The translations under genes and the position numbers were made by a program. Shown here one piece after another: positions 12,678 to 26,200 of a stretch of 64,000 nucleotides of DNA; position 1 is the first letter of the stretch; the number at the start of each line of letters is the position of its first letter. The notes under the pieces were generated by a model. The model made no database searches. It was given only the letters and a program-made list of their open reading frames with translations, and was not told the origin of the DNA. Source of the DNA: Felis catus (Eukaryota); NCBI RefSeq assembly GCF_018350175.1, contig NC_058368.1, positions 195,116,001-195,180,000 on the forward strand, in the 5' to 3' direction.

Positions 12678-14133
12678 GTACGCACGACCCCCACCCGGCC
12701 TTCCCCTTCTCCAGTGCCCAGCCCCTACACCCTAGTTCACTCCTGCACTTTGTGTACAGAATGAGGAGCTGGGCTGGGAGGTCTCTGGGTCAGGGACGGG
12801 GCGCGCATCTCCTTTGGGCTCCATCACCGCTGCCGCAAAGGGCAGGAGCCGCGGACTGGCTGCCTGTTGCTTTTCAGGTGGTATAACTTTGTCTCCCTTT
12901 TAGGTTTGCAGAAAATAATCTCATTGTGTCTTTGGGGGAGTGTTTTCTCTGTGTGTGTGTTTGGCTCTCTGGTTTCAGAGGCTGCCTGCCTATCCTCTTT
13001 GCTCCCTTCACAAATGTGGCAGCCTCCTTTCCTGGGAATCTGATCTGGTCACAGCTGCACAGGGACAGAGGGCGGCCAGAGTCTGCCCTACTCCCCCTTC
13101 CAGAAGATACTTCCTAGACTGGGTTCTTGGTTGGGGGTTCTGTTCTCCAAAAGGGACTTTGCATGAGAGATAAATTGATCTGTGGAGGGCAAATGGTGGG
13201 GGGGGTCTCCACCTTTTATCAGCACCCTGGGAAGGTTCCTGTTTCCCTGGAATTCTCCCCCAGTGACCCCTCCCCCGCCAACCCACACACTCTGAAATAG
13301 CACCGTCAGACAGTCACTCCTGGGTTAGGCATTGTTCCCATCTGGGGCTGCCCCGGGGTATAAACACAGGAACTCACTGGCCGTGGCTCTTAGTGTAGGT
13401 AGATCTGAAGACCCCAGGCATCTGATATCATCCAACCAAGACACCTGGGTCCTTTGGGAGGCTGGGTGTGGCGGAGGATGTGCCAAGAAGGGGAGAAGGG
13501 GGAAGGCAAGAGAGAGAGAGAGTCCCAGGGCATCTCTCTCACACCACCTTATTTGAAAAGCCCAAACTCTACATGGGACTGGTGTCTAGCCTTTTAGGAT
13601 GTTAAGTCCTCTTTGGACGCCCTCCTTCCCATCTCTACCGTCTTTACCTTCACTGGCTCCATTGGCTGGGTGATGAGGGGACTTCCTGGGGTCTGAAACA
13701 CATCAGGGATAAAGGGGGCACTAAGATGAAGCACGTCTTCAAGGAAGCCCAGCCTGCCCAAAAGAGAACAGAGAGGCACACATTTTCCTCCAGAAAGGAC
13801 AGCATTCTATGCAGAACACATGGAGAAAATGTTTCCACCAGCAATTCTCTAGGGTTACATTTCTATCACCTCCAAGTGCTGATGGTAGAAGTGTTGAGAA
13901 GCAATTAAGAAGTAGGTTGGCAGACTTAAAGCACACATTCTGCGTGTTATCTTAGGTAAGTGAGTCCTCTGGACTTCGTTTCCCTATCTGTAAAGTAAGA
14001 AGACTGGACTTGGTCTTCTGGGTGCCTGACGTCATCTGAAACTTTCTAGGGAAGTTCTCTTAAACTGGAATCCATGGACTGGCCTTTGAATGGGCTTCAA
14101 GCATCTGCAAGCCACTTAAAATTATATGTACAG

Positions 14134-14135
<2 letters not shown>

Positions 14136-14167
<32 letters not shown>
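14136..14167. repeat. (TG)n microsatellite
   Basis: Direct reading. Confidence 0.95.
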
Positions 14168-14170
<3 letters not shown>

Positions 14171-16222
14171 AGACAGAGAAAGAACGAGAACAAGGGGTAT
14201 TCACAGCCTTTAGTCTTAACATATATTCAAATGGATGCACTACCCCCAGATAGCCAGAGGGCATGACGACGTGGGAGATGGAGTGTGGGTGGGACTGGAA
14301 GCAGATGTATATTTGCAGGAGGATAAACAATTTTGAAAGAGAGTGGTTGGGGAAGAGAGGGTTAACTCAGAGTGCTCAGCTGCCACATCGACAAAGCCTG
14401 AAGGCGGCGAATTGCCGAGGGAGAGAGGAGGGGGGAAGGGGTGCCTGGAGAAGGAATCAACTTTTGAAACTTTCTCCAAGTCCCACCCACAGAAAGGCTC
14501 TTCTTTGCCGTGACTCATTCTGGGAGGAATGTGAGTTGCCACGGTAACCTTTTTTTCAGGGTCTCTGCCTGCTGGCTGGGAGGGGACGCTGAAAGACTCA
14601 GAACGTCAGGGTCAGGCTCGTCAGGCTCCGTCTGAATGTCCCCTCCTTCACTCAACCCCCAGACACCAGGGCAGCAAACTCTAGGTCCTGCCCTGCTGAT
14701 CTCCCAGAATCCCAGGGCAGCTGTGGGGCTGTGATAAGCCTCCCTGACTTGGGTGTTTGAAGAGTTTTTGTTCCGCTGCTGTCCCCGGGGTGCCGTTTGA
14801 CCTTGAACTAATCGGGTTCTCCCTTCTGAGCCCCAGTTTCTTCCTTGATTAAAGAACAATAACAACCGTCACCTCCAAGGGCTATCCTGTGGAAGAAATG
14901 GGCTGACACACAGGAAGCAATTGGTGAACTGTGGTCCTCCCACCTAATGCAATGGGTTTTTAGAACTGATAAATTTATGGCATCCAGAGACTTAATGAAA
15001 TCATTTCCAGCTTTTTTTGGCCCGGGAGCTCCATCATCTTGGGTTTGTATATGACTTCTCTTTACTAAAAGTGCTGACAGGCACAATTTAAGCAAAATAT
15101 TGTTTAAATCCATTTTGATTTGGGCACCTTCATATTTCCCAAGAGTGTTGTACCCCCCAGTGTGAAAAGAGCATTGGCCAAGGCTATGGTAGAGGTGAGT
15201 CTTAACTCACAGTGAGTGACATTAGGTAAGACCCTTCCCCTCTCTGGGTCTTAGTTTCCTAATCTGTTAAATGGGGCAGCTAGATGGTCTCCCGGGGCCC
15301 TTCCAGCTCTGAAAGGGCCTGCAAACCTAAATCCCAGAGGTTGCCTTCATGAGAAGGAGTAACTGGCCTACACTTTTAACACCCCCGTATGCCTACTTGA
15401 AAAGGAAACAAGAGAGGAGGGGCTACGGGATCTTGGGTTGCATAATAGTCCTGCTAAAGCCTTTATCCCTCTGAGGAGACTTGTCAACCAATAGCATGGC
15501 TGGGGTTTGCTATTTACAAGAGCCAGCTTTCCTTGATGAAAATAAGCTATAAATAGGAAAGGATGATGGTGGAAAGGCAAGCGCCCAGGATGTGAGGTAA
15601 ATAGGAGAATATGTGGCTTTTGAGATTATTTACATAGGTGTGCAGAGATAAACAGGGGCAGACACGAACCCATGAGGATGCAGATTCTAAGCACGGCTTT
15701 TACCAACAGGCCCCCACTGGTAGAGCTAAAAATAAGTGCCTCCACACGTGAGCAAAGACAGAAGGCCATACTCTCACATACCTCTCCCTGAACCGTATGC
15801 TGGCTCACAACACAGCACAGACAAGTCCCAGGTGTGCACCTGGATGCACATACAAACTCTGACCCTTCCCTCCACAGGCCAAAACAGACAGATGCTGAGC
15901 CAGGTGGACACACAAAGACACACATACACAGCTTCACATGGTCTTCAGGGCCATACGTAACTTACACACAGACACACTGTCCGTTACACACACACACACA
16001 CAACTACCATTTGCAACCACACCCTGTTGTGCGTAGCCACACGTAACTACAGACGATGACAAGGAGGTAGACATGTCACACACATACAGTACCAAATCGC
16101 TGGCTGTACTTCACAGATAGAGACACTGAGGATCAGAGAGGGAAGATAACTCATTCAAGGTCACACAGCCAACTGATGTCTGAGCCTAACTTTCAGATGT
16201 TCAGAAATATCCAAATGTTCGC

Positions 16223-16362
16223 TTTTTTTTTCTTTTTCTTTTTCTTTTTCTTTTTCTTTTTCTTTTTCTTTTTCTTTTTCTTTCTTTCTTCCTCTCTTTC
16301 TTTCTTTCTTTCTTTCTCTCTTTCTTTCTTTCTTCTTTCTTTCTTCCTTCTTTCTTTTTTTG
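16223..16362. repeat. (TTTTTC)n/(TTTC)n polypyrimidine microsatellite
   Basis: Direct reading. Confidence 0.95.
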
Positions 16363-18774
16363 TTTTCATCTGATCACTTTGGTTTCATGTTTGTACAGGC
16401 AACAAGCCCTGTGGATGATAAGTGAGGAGCAGTACTTTCTCTCTCTCCTTTGCTGGCCAGCAATGGCCTATCCCAGGCCTCATTAGGGAATTATGCCATC
16501 AGGACGGCACAATGTGGCTAATAGGTGGCTGTTCATTTGCTTCTTGCTGGCTCCCTCCCTATCCTGTCTTTAAAGGAGGTAAGAGAGGGCTGGAGTTGAG
16601 CTTTTGGCCAACCCTGGGAATTAACGAAGCCACCTCTTCTCTACAGCAGACGGCCTGGATCCTATCCCCAACCCTGAACTCGGGGATGGCTGGGCTGAGC
16701 AGAGCCAGAGGCAGCAAGCAGTGACTTGGCAGAATCCTTTAGAAAAACAGCCTCCTGTTATCCAGGAGGGAGAGATGGCTTAGGTAGGAAATTAGTTCTG
16801 CCCCCATTCTCAAGACACAGAGCTCAGTGTCTATAGAAAAAATATGGATGGAGATACCAACTGTGTCCAGAACTGGGTTCTTTCAGAAACTGGTTATTAG
16901 CCTATCTTATCTGGGGATCCCTCTGGGTCATCTTATATTAGTCATGGCATGAGGATCCCAGACTGATCAGATGAAATAAGAAACGAAACAAGGTAAACAT
17001 CTGGAGGTTTCTGAACATCTGGAAGTTAAGCTTTGACACCCGCCTGCTGTGGGACCCTTAAGTGAGCTACTTTTCCTCTCTGAGCCTCAATTCCTTTTGT
17101 CTCTCAAATCAGAAGCATGGCAGAGAGGTTTCGCATGGCTTGCCAATGCCAATCCATAGGCAGTGGCTGCTAGAAGAACCCTGTTCAAGATTTAGACGCC
17201 ACTCTGCACTTTAGGGGAAAAAGATCCTGTGTTTGATTAGTAATGTCTGCCACATGCACTGGAGGAGCATGTGGAGACATATTCACCATGTATTTACTAT
17301 CCTAGGGATGTGACAGTCTGAGCTCTCATCCCCTCCATTTGTGGTCACCCCATTTGCAGCAGTGGCCCCTAGAGGGAGCCAAGGAGGAAAGCCTGAAGCT
17401 CCACCCGGGGCCTCTCCTAACCACGATGAAACAGTGAAACGTGGCATCTTAGATGCCTTTATGGAATCTCGGGCTGATCCCAGTCCCAGACTCTGGGGCT
17501 GCTTCAGAGCTGCCCCAGAACCTCTTCGCTTCTGGGCTTGAGCTTGAGTTTCCCTCAGATTCTTCTCTTCCAGCAAGAAATATTAAAATTGGAAGCAGAG
17601 TCCAGGGACAGGCTGGGTGGGGTGATACTCTGAAAGGTTTCTGCCTGAGCTGACTTAGAAAGCCAGAGTCATAGAAACCGTAGGGACCACGCTGCCCCAG
17701 GGTTTGCAAACTGTGTTTATAGGAGAACCCAGAGATGCTCCAACATGTCTCAGGGGTGTCCGAGTGTGTAGGACCTTCAGCCCCCTTCTCAGCATCACTT
17801 TTGCCTCCTTTTGTTTTTTTTTTAATTTCACGCCGATTCACTGAACAGATAAACGCCTTCATGTTTCAACAAATGCCAAAGGCCTTTAGCTGCTTCAAAT
17901 ATTGGACTTTGCAGAAGACCTCATTGAAAGAAAGGGCTTATGTAATTTTGAGCACCACTGATCTAAAACAACCTCCTCATTGTGCACATGAGCAGGGCCA
18001 GGTGTGGTCCAGGGAGCGAAGGAGCCTTCCCTAAGTTTGCACAGTGAGCTGGGAACAATGCTGCCAAGACCGCAGTCCCAGGACTCCCGACTTCTGTGTC
18101 ACGAGACCACCTCTGAGTGGCGGTGCTCTCTCCCTGGTGTGAGTGCCAGGTCTCCGGCCTGGCCCGGCCCTCCTTCCAAGTCCCAGCTCTCTGGCGGGCC
18201 TGGCTCGCAGAGGGGGTTCCTTTATTAGCCTCCAGACTTGTTTTTCTCTCTTTAGGCTTGTTTACCAGGAACGTGTGTTTTTGGAACCCTTGTTTCCAAG
18301 CCAAACAGTGGGAGAGAGATGCTTGGTTTGCGTCAGCAGGCCAACGAAGGGGCCGGCCTGGGGCCCAGGCTTCGTCACTGTGTTCTCTGGAGGCTAGGAT
18401 AGTGTCCCCTTGACCAAGAGGAGCAATGCCTCCTTTGTTCCACCCCGACACCCTTTCTCCCTAGGCCACAGGCAAAGAGCTGGGGTTCTTGCCCTGGATT
18501 CTTGAGGGGGGGACAGATATTCTGGGATCCTTGGGTGTTCTTGCAAACAACACTGCTTACTTCTATTCTCTCATATAAATCACCCGTGAGCCTCTCAAGG
18601 TAGGTGTGTTATTTCCGTTTTACCGATGGAGAAACGAATTGAGGCCCAGAGAGGGAAAGTTACTTTCCGAAGGTCACACAGTTGCTAAGCGGCAGATTTG
18701 AATCTGTACGCTCTGTCTCCAGAGCCCACGAGCTTACCTTTCTCTTCTGCCGCTTCTATAAAAGTGTGTAATCA

Positions 18775-18963
18775 CTCTGATATGGTAGCCATAAGCCGCA
18801 TGTGGCTACTTAAATTTAAATTAATTACAATGAAATATAATTAAAAATTCAGTTCGCCCACACTAGTGGTATTTCAAGGGTTTGCCAACCATAGCTACCA
18901 CGTTGGACACTGCAGGTAGAGAATATTTGCATCATCTCCAGAAGGTTCTCTTAGACCGCCCTG
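18775..18963 (-). mobile_element. MER3-like hAT-Charlie DNA transposon
   Basis: atatggtagcc...catgtggctacttaaatttaaattaatt...aaattcagttc...gctaccacgttggacactgcag. Confidence 0.75.
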
Positions 18964-21900
18964 CTCCATAAACCTCTTTCTCTTCAAATCAGATTTGATG
19001 ATTGCAGCTCAAATTCTGTGCTTCACGTTCTTAAGAGCCTATGATTCCAAGGCCCACAGTCTAAGGCTCCGTGATTCTGAGATGTCCCCCCTGTGCTGAC
19101 ATTCAAGGGACTTTTCAGTGTCCAGGGAGAGCCCAAAGGAGGCCCTTTATATTTTGAGGGAGATGAACTGGCTGGCTGTACTTTTCCACTTTTCCATCCC
19201 CGGAGTCTTTCTAAAGAGAGGAGTGACCTCAGCTTCAGGTCCTGCGGGCAGCCACGGACGGGTTTTCAGCCATCTCCAGAGCAAATAAAGGCAAAAAGGA
19301 AGGGACTTGATGTACGGAACAGGGGGAGGAGGTGGCGGTGGGGTGGGAGTGAGCAGTGTCTGCATTTGGTGACCACCAAGCCAAGGGAAACACGCCTCCT
19401 GTTCCTCCCCTGGCCCAGGCTACTTTCCTTCCCTGCAACTCAGGCCAGTTCACAGCCCAACTGGGCTCCATTCAGGTGAGCACCTGGGACGTAGCAGCTG
19501 CCAAGGGAAACTGTGAGACGAAGAGCCCGCCCGGGGTGGAGCGGGGCCGCCTGGGTCCTCACCCAGCCCTGCTGCTCACTCCCTGGGGCTCTGGGAAGAT
19601 GTCTTTCCCTCTCTGGGCCTCACCTTCTCACCTGTGCTACGGGGCAGGAAGACATGCCTTGAGCCCCCAGCGGGATGCTGGATTGTGAAAACACTTTGAA
19701 AAGGATAGACATCTGCATCACCATGGGCTAAAGAGATACAAAGGAGCAAGTCTTCATTCGATACCAGTCATTTCTACGGGGCTGTTTATATTTTCACTGG
19801 GCGGACCGGATCTAGGTTTGGTTGGCAGAGGATGTGTTCTGAATGCTGGGGTTTGACTCTGTGTTCTGACCTCACTGGGGTTACTGTTGCACCCCATCAG
19901 CTCTGCGGGATGGACGGCTGGCCCCTTTGCCAGACCTGTTTCCGAGAGCCTCGGGGATCTTATGCACGTGTAGAAAGTGTGGCCATGCAGGAAGAATAGT
20001 CCAGACATCCCCCTTCCCTCTCAGCCCATCATCTGGAGGCATAGGGCTCTGGGACTGGTGATGTAGCCCTGGGCACTGGGCAGGAGCCCAAATTTTGGAA
20101 ATTCACGCTTTCTCTAAGATTTTGGGTCATTTTCTTAACACTGTCACTTTCTGCATTTCTCCCACACTCCCCCACCAGACATAATCCCTAAATAGGCCCA
20201 ACCCAACTCCACAAGAAGGTAGTTTGCCCGGGGAGTTTGACTTGGAAAAGGCCTGAATGTTGCACGATTTCCTCCTCTCAACTGCAGGCTCATCAGGAAA
20301 GTGGGACTGTAAGCCCTCCCTTGCCGTGTCTGCCCATGTGTCACAGCACAGGCTCCAAGGGGAACAGCGCATATGTGAGCCCTTTAGACGCTAAACGCAC
20401 TACAAGATTTAGAACTATTTTTTGGTTCTGGCTGCAAAACCAGCGGCGGGAAGGGTGATTGTGCCACTAGGAAAGAATTGCAGGAAGGTAGAGAGGCAGG
20501 ACAGACCAAAGAGCTGACCAATAGACCTTTCCCTGGTCAAGGAGGGGAAGGAACATGGTTCCTCTGCTCACATGAGGGACAGACCGGAGATACTGGCCTT
20601 CCTGGCTTTTCAGTCGGAAGCTCATTACATTTCCAATCCGGGCTGGGGTAGTTCTCCGATGACATGACTTCTCTGTCACTGGAGCCCAGACAACACCTTT
20701 TTTTTTTTTCCTTCTAGTTCCCAGTCTCACTTTGACCCTTTAACTTCAAACAGCCCCAGAAAAGTCCTTCACTGATGTTTCTCTCTTGCTCCATTCATAG
20801 AATCTTATGTGGGGGGTTGTCTTGCTTGTATCTTTCAAATGGGAAAGCAAACAGGGAGATTTTTCCACTTGTAGGTCTGGGGCGGGGCGGGGGGGGGCGG
20901 TGGTGGGGAAACAAGCATACAACTGTGTGGGGCAGGAACATTCTAAAAATTTCCTGGAAAGGGAAGACTGGACTCGTCTGGGGGTTGGAGCCAGGGTGAA
21001 GCAATGCCAAGCTCCCAGGTTGATTCCTCTAAATTTCTATTACTTTTATTTCATACACACGCCGTGAAATAAGAGGTGAGGTTTTAGGTCGATTTTAATA
21101 CAATAAAGGGCCATTATGAATCTGCTCTCCCTCTGCCTGTTTCTACCGTCCAAATACCATAGTCCAAGCGAAGACGGTTATACCACAGGTGAGGACACAT
21201 GCCAAGACCAGCGTGTGCCTGTGACATTTTAAGGGCATTTTAAGAACCCAGCCTACAACCTCAAAGCTTACCTGGTCTGACCCTCACAACTAATGGAAGG
21301 GGAAGCAAGGTCTGGAGAGGATCAGTGATTTTAACCAATAACCAAGGTTGTTTTGAGGCTGATCAGGATCCCCTGGCATTGAATTCCAAGCTGCGTGTTT
21401 GTTTTTTTCCATGATGCCAGGGTACCTCCAAGGAGCTGGGCCAGTTGAAAAGTCTTGGAAAGAACTAGGAATGACGAGCCCGATATAGACGTTTGTGGGG
21501 ACAAAAGAGGGAAGACACGGCCGCTGCCCACCTTGACTAAACGCTGCTTGGAGGCAGAAGAATTCTTGTTTTTGCGTAGCCACAGGAGGAGGAACAGAGT
21601 AGACCAGAAGTTGGAGGGAGGCAAGTTTGGATCCATATAAGGAAGAACTTTCTAAAGCCATCTGGGAATAGAAGTCCATCTAGTTAGAACAAGAAATAAA
21701 ACGTGCCCACCACAGTTCCTTCGTGAGGGATGGCATTTTGGCAATGAATCATCAGAGAAGATTCTGCCTCCAAATCCCTTGCAGTCATGGGATTTTTGGA
21801 GCCAAGGGTTTAGCATCCAGAGGATGAGGTCTTAGCAGCGACCAGGGTAGGAGAAGCTTCTAGATCTCAGCCAACATCCTTCAGCTGTGAGGGGGAAAGA

Positions 21901-22359
21901 AGAGAAAACATGAACATAAGTGAGCATTTGGATAGTTTCCCTGGGGGATCCAGAGAAGTGCTGTCCCTTCTGGGTAGAATGGAGACAGATGTGGCTGTCC
22001 ACTGGTCACACTCCAAGACTATTGCTCTTTGTTTCATTTACTTAATGTTTATTTATTTTTGAGAGGGAGAGAGAGAAAGCATGATGACTGAGCCATCCAG
22101 GCACCCCTCTTTCTTTTAGAATGTAGATCTCATTGTCTCAAAGTGGCAGGAGGTCTCTGCCTATTAACTTCCCCCCTTCTTTCGGAGGGTAGAAAGGAGG
22201 AGGAAAAGGAGGAGGAGGAGGGTTTGGAGGATGGGAAAAAAAGAATTCCATAACATCGGGGATTAAGGGTCCTTGAAGATGATCTGGTTCAGTATTGCCC
22301 AAACTTGACTAGTTAGCCAACCACCTTTGGCGAGCCACTTTTTCAAACCTTAAATAAAT

Positions 22360-22582
22360 GGGGGCCCCTGGGTGGCTCAGTCATTGAGCATCCAACTTCA
22401 GCTCAGGTCATGATCTCACACTCCATGAGTTCAAGCCCCGTGTGGGGCTCTGTGCTGACAGCTCAGAGCCTGGAGCCCGCTTCAGATTCTGTGTCTCCCT
22501 CTCTCTCTGACCCTCCCCTGCTCATGCTCCGTCTCTCTCTCTCAGTCTCAAAAATAAATAAAAACATGAAAAAAAATTTAAA
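22360..22582 (+). mobile_element. Felid SINE in SPARC intron 1
   Basis: gggggcccctgggtggctcag...ctcaaaaataaat; TSD-like cttaaataaat on both sides. Confidence 0.92.
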
Positions 22583-22782
22583 AACTTAAATAAATGTATC
22601 GGGAAAAAAGACTTTATGTCTTTACCGTAAGCGGAAAAATCTTTTGTCTTTTGTCATAAATGGAAGGAAACTATAAAAAAAAAAAACACAAAGAAGACAA
22701 AACAACTCTGTTGAATTCCAGCTGGATATAGTTTCCTGTGGAGGCTCTGAGCCGGAGGCCTGCTCTCTGTTAAAAAGGAGCA

Positions 22783-22985
22783 GGGAGCCTGGGTGGCTCA
22801 GTCAGTTAAGCGCGTCTGACTCATGATTTCAGCTCAGGTCATGATCTCATGGTTTGTGCGTTCAAGCCCCACGTTGCAGTGGAGTCTGGTTGGGATTCTC
22901 TCTCTCTTCCTCTCTGCCCCTCCCCTGCTCATTCTCTCTCTCTCTCTCTCTCTCAAAATAAATAAATAAACTTAAAGAAAAAGGA
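22783..22985 (+). mobile_element. Carnivore SINE ~240 bp upstream of exon 2
   Basis: gggagcctgggtggctcagtcagttaagc...gggattctctctc...ctcaaaataaataaa. Confidence 0.9.
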
Positions 22986-23223
22986 AGAGAGAGGAGTGCT
23001 AGACAGGTATCGAAGACACCTTAGCAGCAAACTGAGACTTTCTCCTCATACAGTCGGAACTGGAAGAGAATGGAATAAAAGCAATTTCCTCTGGCACCTT
23101 CCATTATCCCTTTGCATGCACCACCTAAATTTTATCTCAGATATCACAGGAATTCAGCTCCGAAGGGGCTGTCCGTCAAGAAGCCTCCCACTCACTCAAT
23201 TCTCCATCTCCGTCCCCTTGCAG

Positions 23224-23293
23224 GGTTCCCAGCATCATGAGGGCCTGGATCTTCTTCCTCCTTTGCCTGGCCGGGAGGGCCTTGGCAGCTCCT
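23224..23293 (+). CDS. SPARC: SPARC exon 2 (ATG at 23237, signal peptide)
   Basis: ttgcag|ggttcccagcatcATG...gctcct|gtaagt; [19 protein letters not shown]. Confidence 0.98.
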
Positions 23294-26200
23294 GTAAGTA
23301 CTCAAACAGCATATCCGCTCGGTCTCCCTCCATCAGAGTCACCGACTCTACCGGCCCTGGATACTTGGAGGGGCGAGGGCTTCCCTATCTCATTTTGTGC
23401 CTTATTAAAAAAAAAAAAAAAAAGATTTTTCTTACGCTAATAAGCTCAGGAGAAAAATTGAGATGAGGACCCCTGGATGGAGAGTCCAGGGAAGAGAGAT
23501 TTCCATGTAAGGAGAAGGTGAACTTTTAGCACCCACAGAGAGAGGGCTGGTTAGTTTTCAAATCAGTGAGGACTATTTGGTTGCAAGCAACAGGCCCCGG
23601 TCTCACCACATTAGGAGGGGGAAGGATATCTACAAGGATAGATTATGAACTCTAAGGCCTTGGGGAGGGCTGGAGAAGGACAGGTCCAGGATCTGGGAGG
23701 TGAGAACAGTCTCGGAGATGCTGCCATTTGAATGGATCTGCTCCAAAGGTTTCACTTCTTGAGAAAACGTGTCAAGATGATCTAAAAAAAAAATTCAAGG
23801 AGAACCAATCCAGTTGAGCTTGGGTCCTGGGCCTGCTTCTTGGCCAGGGGTCGTGTAGAGCACCCTGACTGACAGACCGTCCCTCCAAGACTTAGACTTG
23901 CACGCAGAGGGCCAGCAGTGGACATTCAAAGCTAATCCGGAAGCTGTTACTGGAAGAGAGGGGAAGAAGGGTGCGGCAGACAAACAGTTTCTTGCAACCT
24001 AGGGTTCCCTCGGCCTGTCTCCACTAGGAGGTGTGAGTGACTGTGGACTCCGGCAGGTAATTTTGGCAAGAGACCTGGCAGGGTTAGCCATTGCTAAGAA
24101 GGAGCCCCAACCAGCCAGGCACCTCAGAGTTGTATGCTACCTTGCTTCTTCCTACTCCAAATTGACATGGCAAGAATAACAAATTCATAAGAACATCCTA
24201 CTTGCGGAAAAGATAATGACATCTGTTAAGATTCGCGGTGTTCATGCCCCCGTGGGTCTCAGTTTTCCAATCTATGAGATGAAGGGAGGCGGTCTGCATC
24301 AGTGGTTTCCAGATTCATAGGAGTTCGAAGCAATGAAAGTGCTTTTCCAAGCTGAATCTTATTGGGAGAGACACCCCATATAGAAAATATATAAAGGGGG
24401 GTGCTCCAGCGTTCCACAGGGCCCCTGTGTTTGGTTTCCCTTTTGCCCTCATCACCCTACCCATGGCAGTCCCTGAGGCACAGCCTTCGGGATCTCCAGG
24501 GAGCTGCTCTCCCAGCTCCCCAGGCTGGAGGCGCTTCAGAGGCGAAGCTGGCCCCGACCTCCCTGCACCCTATTTTCTCTTCCCAACAGCAACAGGAAGC
24601 GCTGCCTGATGAGACGGAGGTGGTAGAGGAAACCGTGGCTGAGGTGGCAGAGGTAGGTGGGTAGGGTCCCCAGATGTCCACATCCATTCCCTGGAGAAAC
24701 CAGGGTGCTGGGAGTCTCGATCCTGGAACGGGACATTTGCCCCTTCCCGTGTGCACGCATAGCACCGAGGTGAATGCTGTGTATCCCCCAATCCTGACCC
24801 GTTCCTGAATGTTCCTCGTTCAGTGAAACCCTGGAGGTGGGAGCTGTGAGTTTGAAATTTTTTCTTTCTAAGCTGTGGGGCGATTTTTCTTAGGTGATCA
24901 CCCACAGTCTCCCCATACGTTAAACACAAAGGGGAGCTGCTGTGGCACAGCTGGTGGGGATGGCGGGCTCGGTACCCCTCCTGCCCTAACACCCCTCGGA
25001 GCCTCTGAGGCACCTCGGTGGACCTGTAGGAGTCTGTCTTAATTCTGACGCTGGCATCTGTGCTCTCTGTGTGCCCTGGGCCTGGCACACCTTTCCGGCT
25101 CATCTCTCCTCTCGTGGGACCTGAAGCACCCGAGCAAGTCCCCTCCAGTCTTTACCTCTGCGGGTAGGGGCCATTGGACTCACTGTTCTCCCCCCACCCC
25201 CAGGGACCTGTGGGAGCCAACCCCGTGCAGGTGGAAGTGGGAGAATTTGACGAAGGTGCCGAGGAAGCCGAACAGGAGGTGGTGGCTGAAAGTAGGTCCC
25301 TTTCTCGTGTCTTGTCACATCCAGGCTTTGCACTCCACTGCTTGAGCCTGGGGCGTGGGGACAGCCTACGTGAGGTTCCTTCCCAAGGAAATTCAGGGTG
25401 AGGTCCTCCCCCTGGGGGGGGGGGAGGTGGCTGTGGAGGAGGAACAGTGTTGACTCAAAGGTTGGGAATATTCTCTGGAATCTGGGAATGATCTGTTTAT
25501 AGCCAGGCTGTGGGTCTCAGCAAAGGATGTTCCCAAGCTAGAAATGGCCTTCTCCCCTCACAGCTGTCCGCCCTGATTCCAAAGTTGGGCTTCCCGTTCC
25601 CACTGAGGCCGCAGGTCACATGTGGTCCCCGAGCTCCTCAATGACCTCTGTCTCAGCCCCTGTCCCACACGGGCACAGACCTCCAGGAGCTTTTATACTC
25701 CTTAGCTTATGTGAAAATTGTTTCACACAGCCGTGAGGAAATAAGGCCTGGAAACCCGACAAAGCTCATATAATGCTACCCTTGGACTTCGTGCCAGAAA
25801 GACCGAACTGTCCTAGGGCCATTGCCTCCGGCACACCGTGCTGGCATCTCCGACCCAAGGGGTTAACGGCGTGGACTTGGGAGGCAGACCCACGTAGGCT
25901 TGCCTTTAAACTTGCCAACTCCCGCTGCGAGTGCCCTCCGACAGCCTTAGCTCCGTTGAGCCCGCTTCCTCACCTCTAACCCAGGGATGACAAAGATGCA
26001 GACCCTCGCCCCACGGCTGTTGGAGGATTAGGAGATAAAGCGCAAGGGCACTTGGCCCACCGCCTGGCAGGGCAGGCATCCAATAAAGAATGACTAAAAT
26101 GCCCCAAATCAAGCACCAGGAGGAAACGGCTAGATTGAGCTGTCATCCTGAGGGCACAGAATTTTTGTCGGAGCAGAGGGGCATCTAATGGGTCTGTTCC

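Noticed and set aside
22290..23130. Possible ancient hAT-Charlie remnant around the intron-1 SINEs, resembling 39020-39590
   Set aside because: Too degenerate to define family or boundaries by eye
12700..23200. Antisense lncRNA over intron 1/promoter, as annotated near human SPARC
   Set aside because: No exon structure or promoter can be supported from sequence alone
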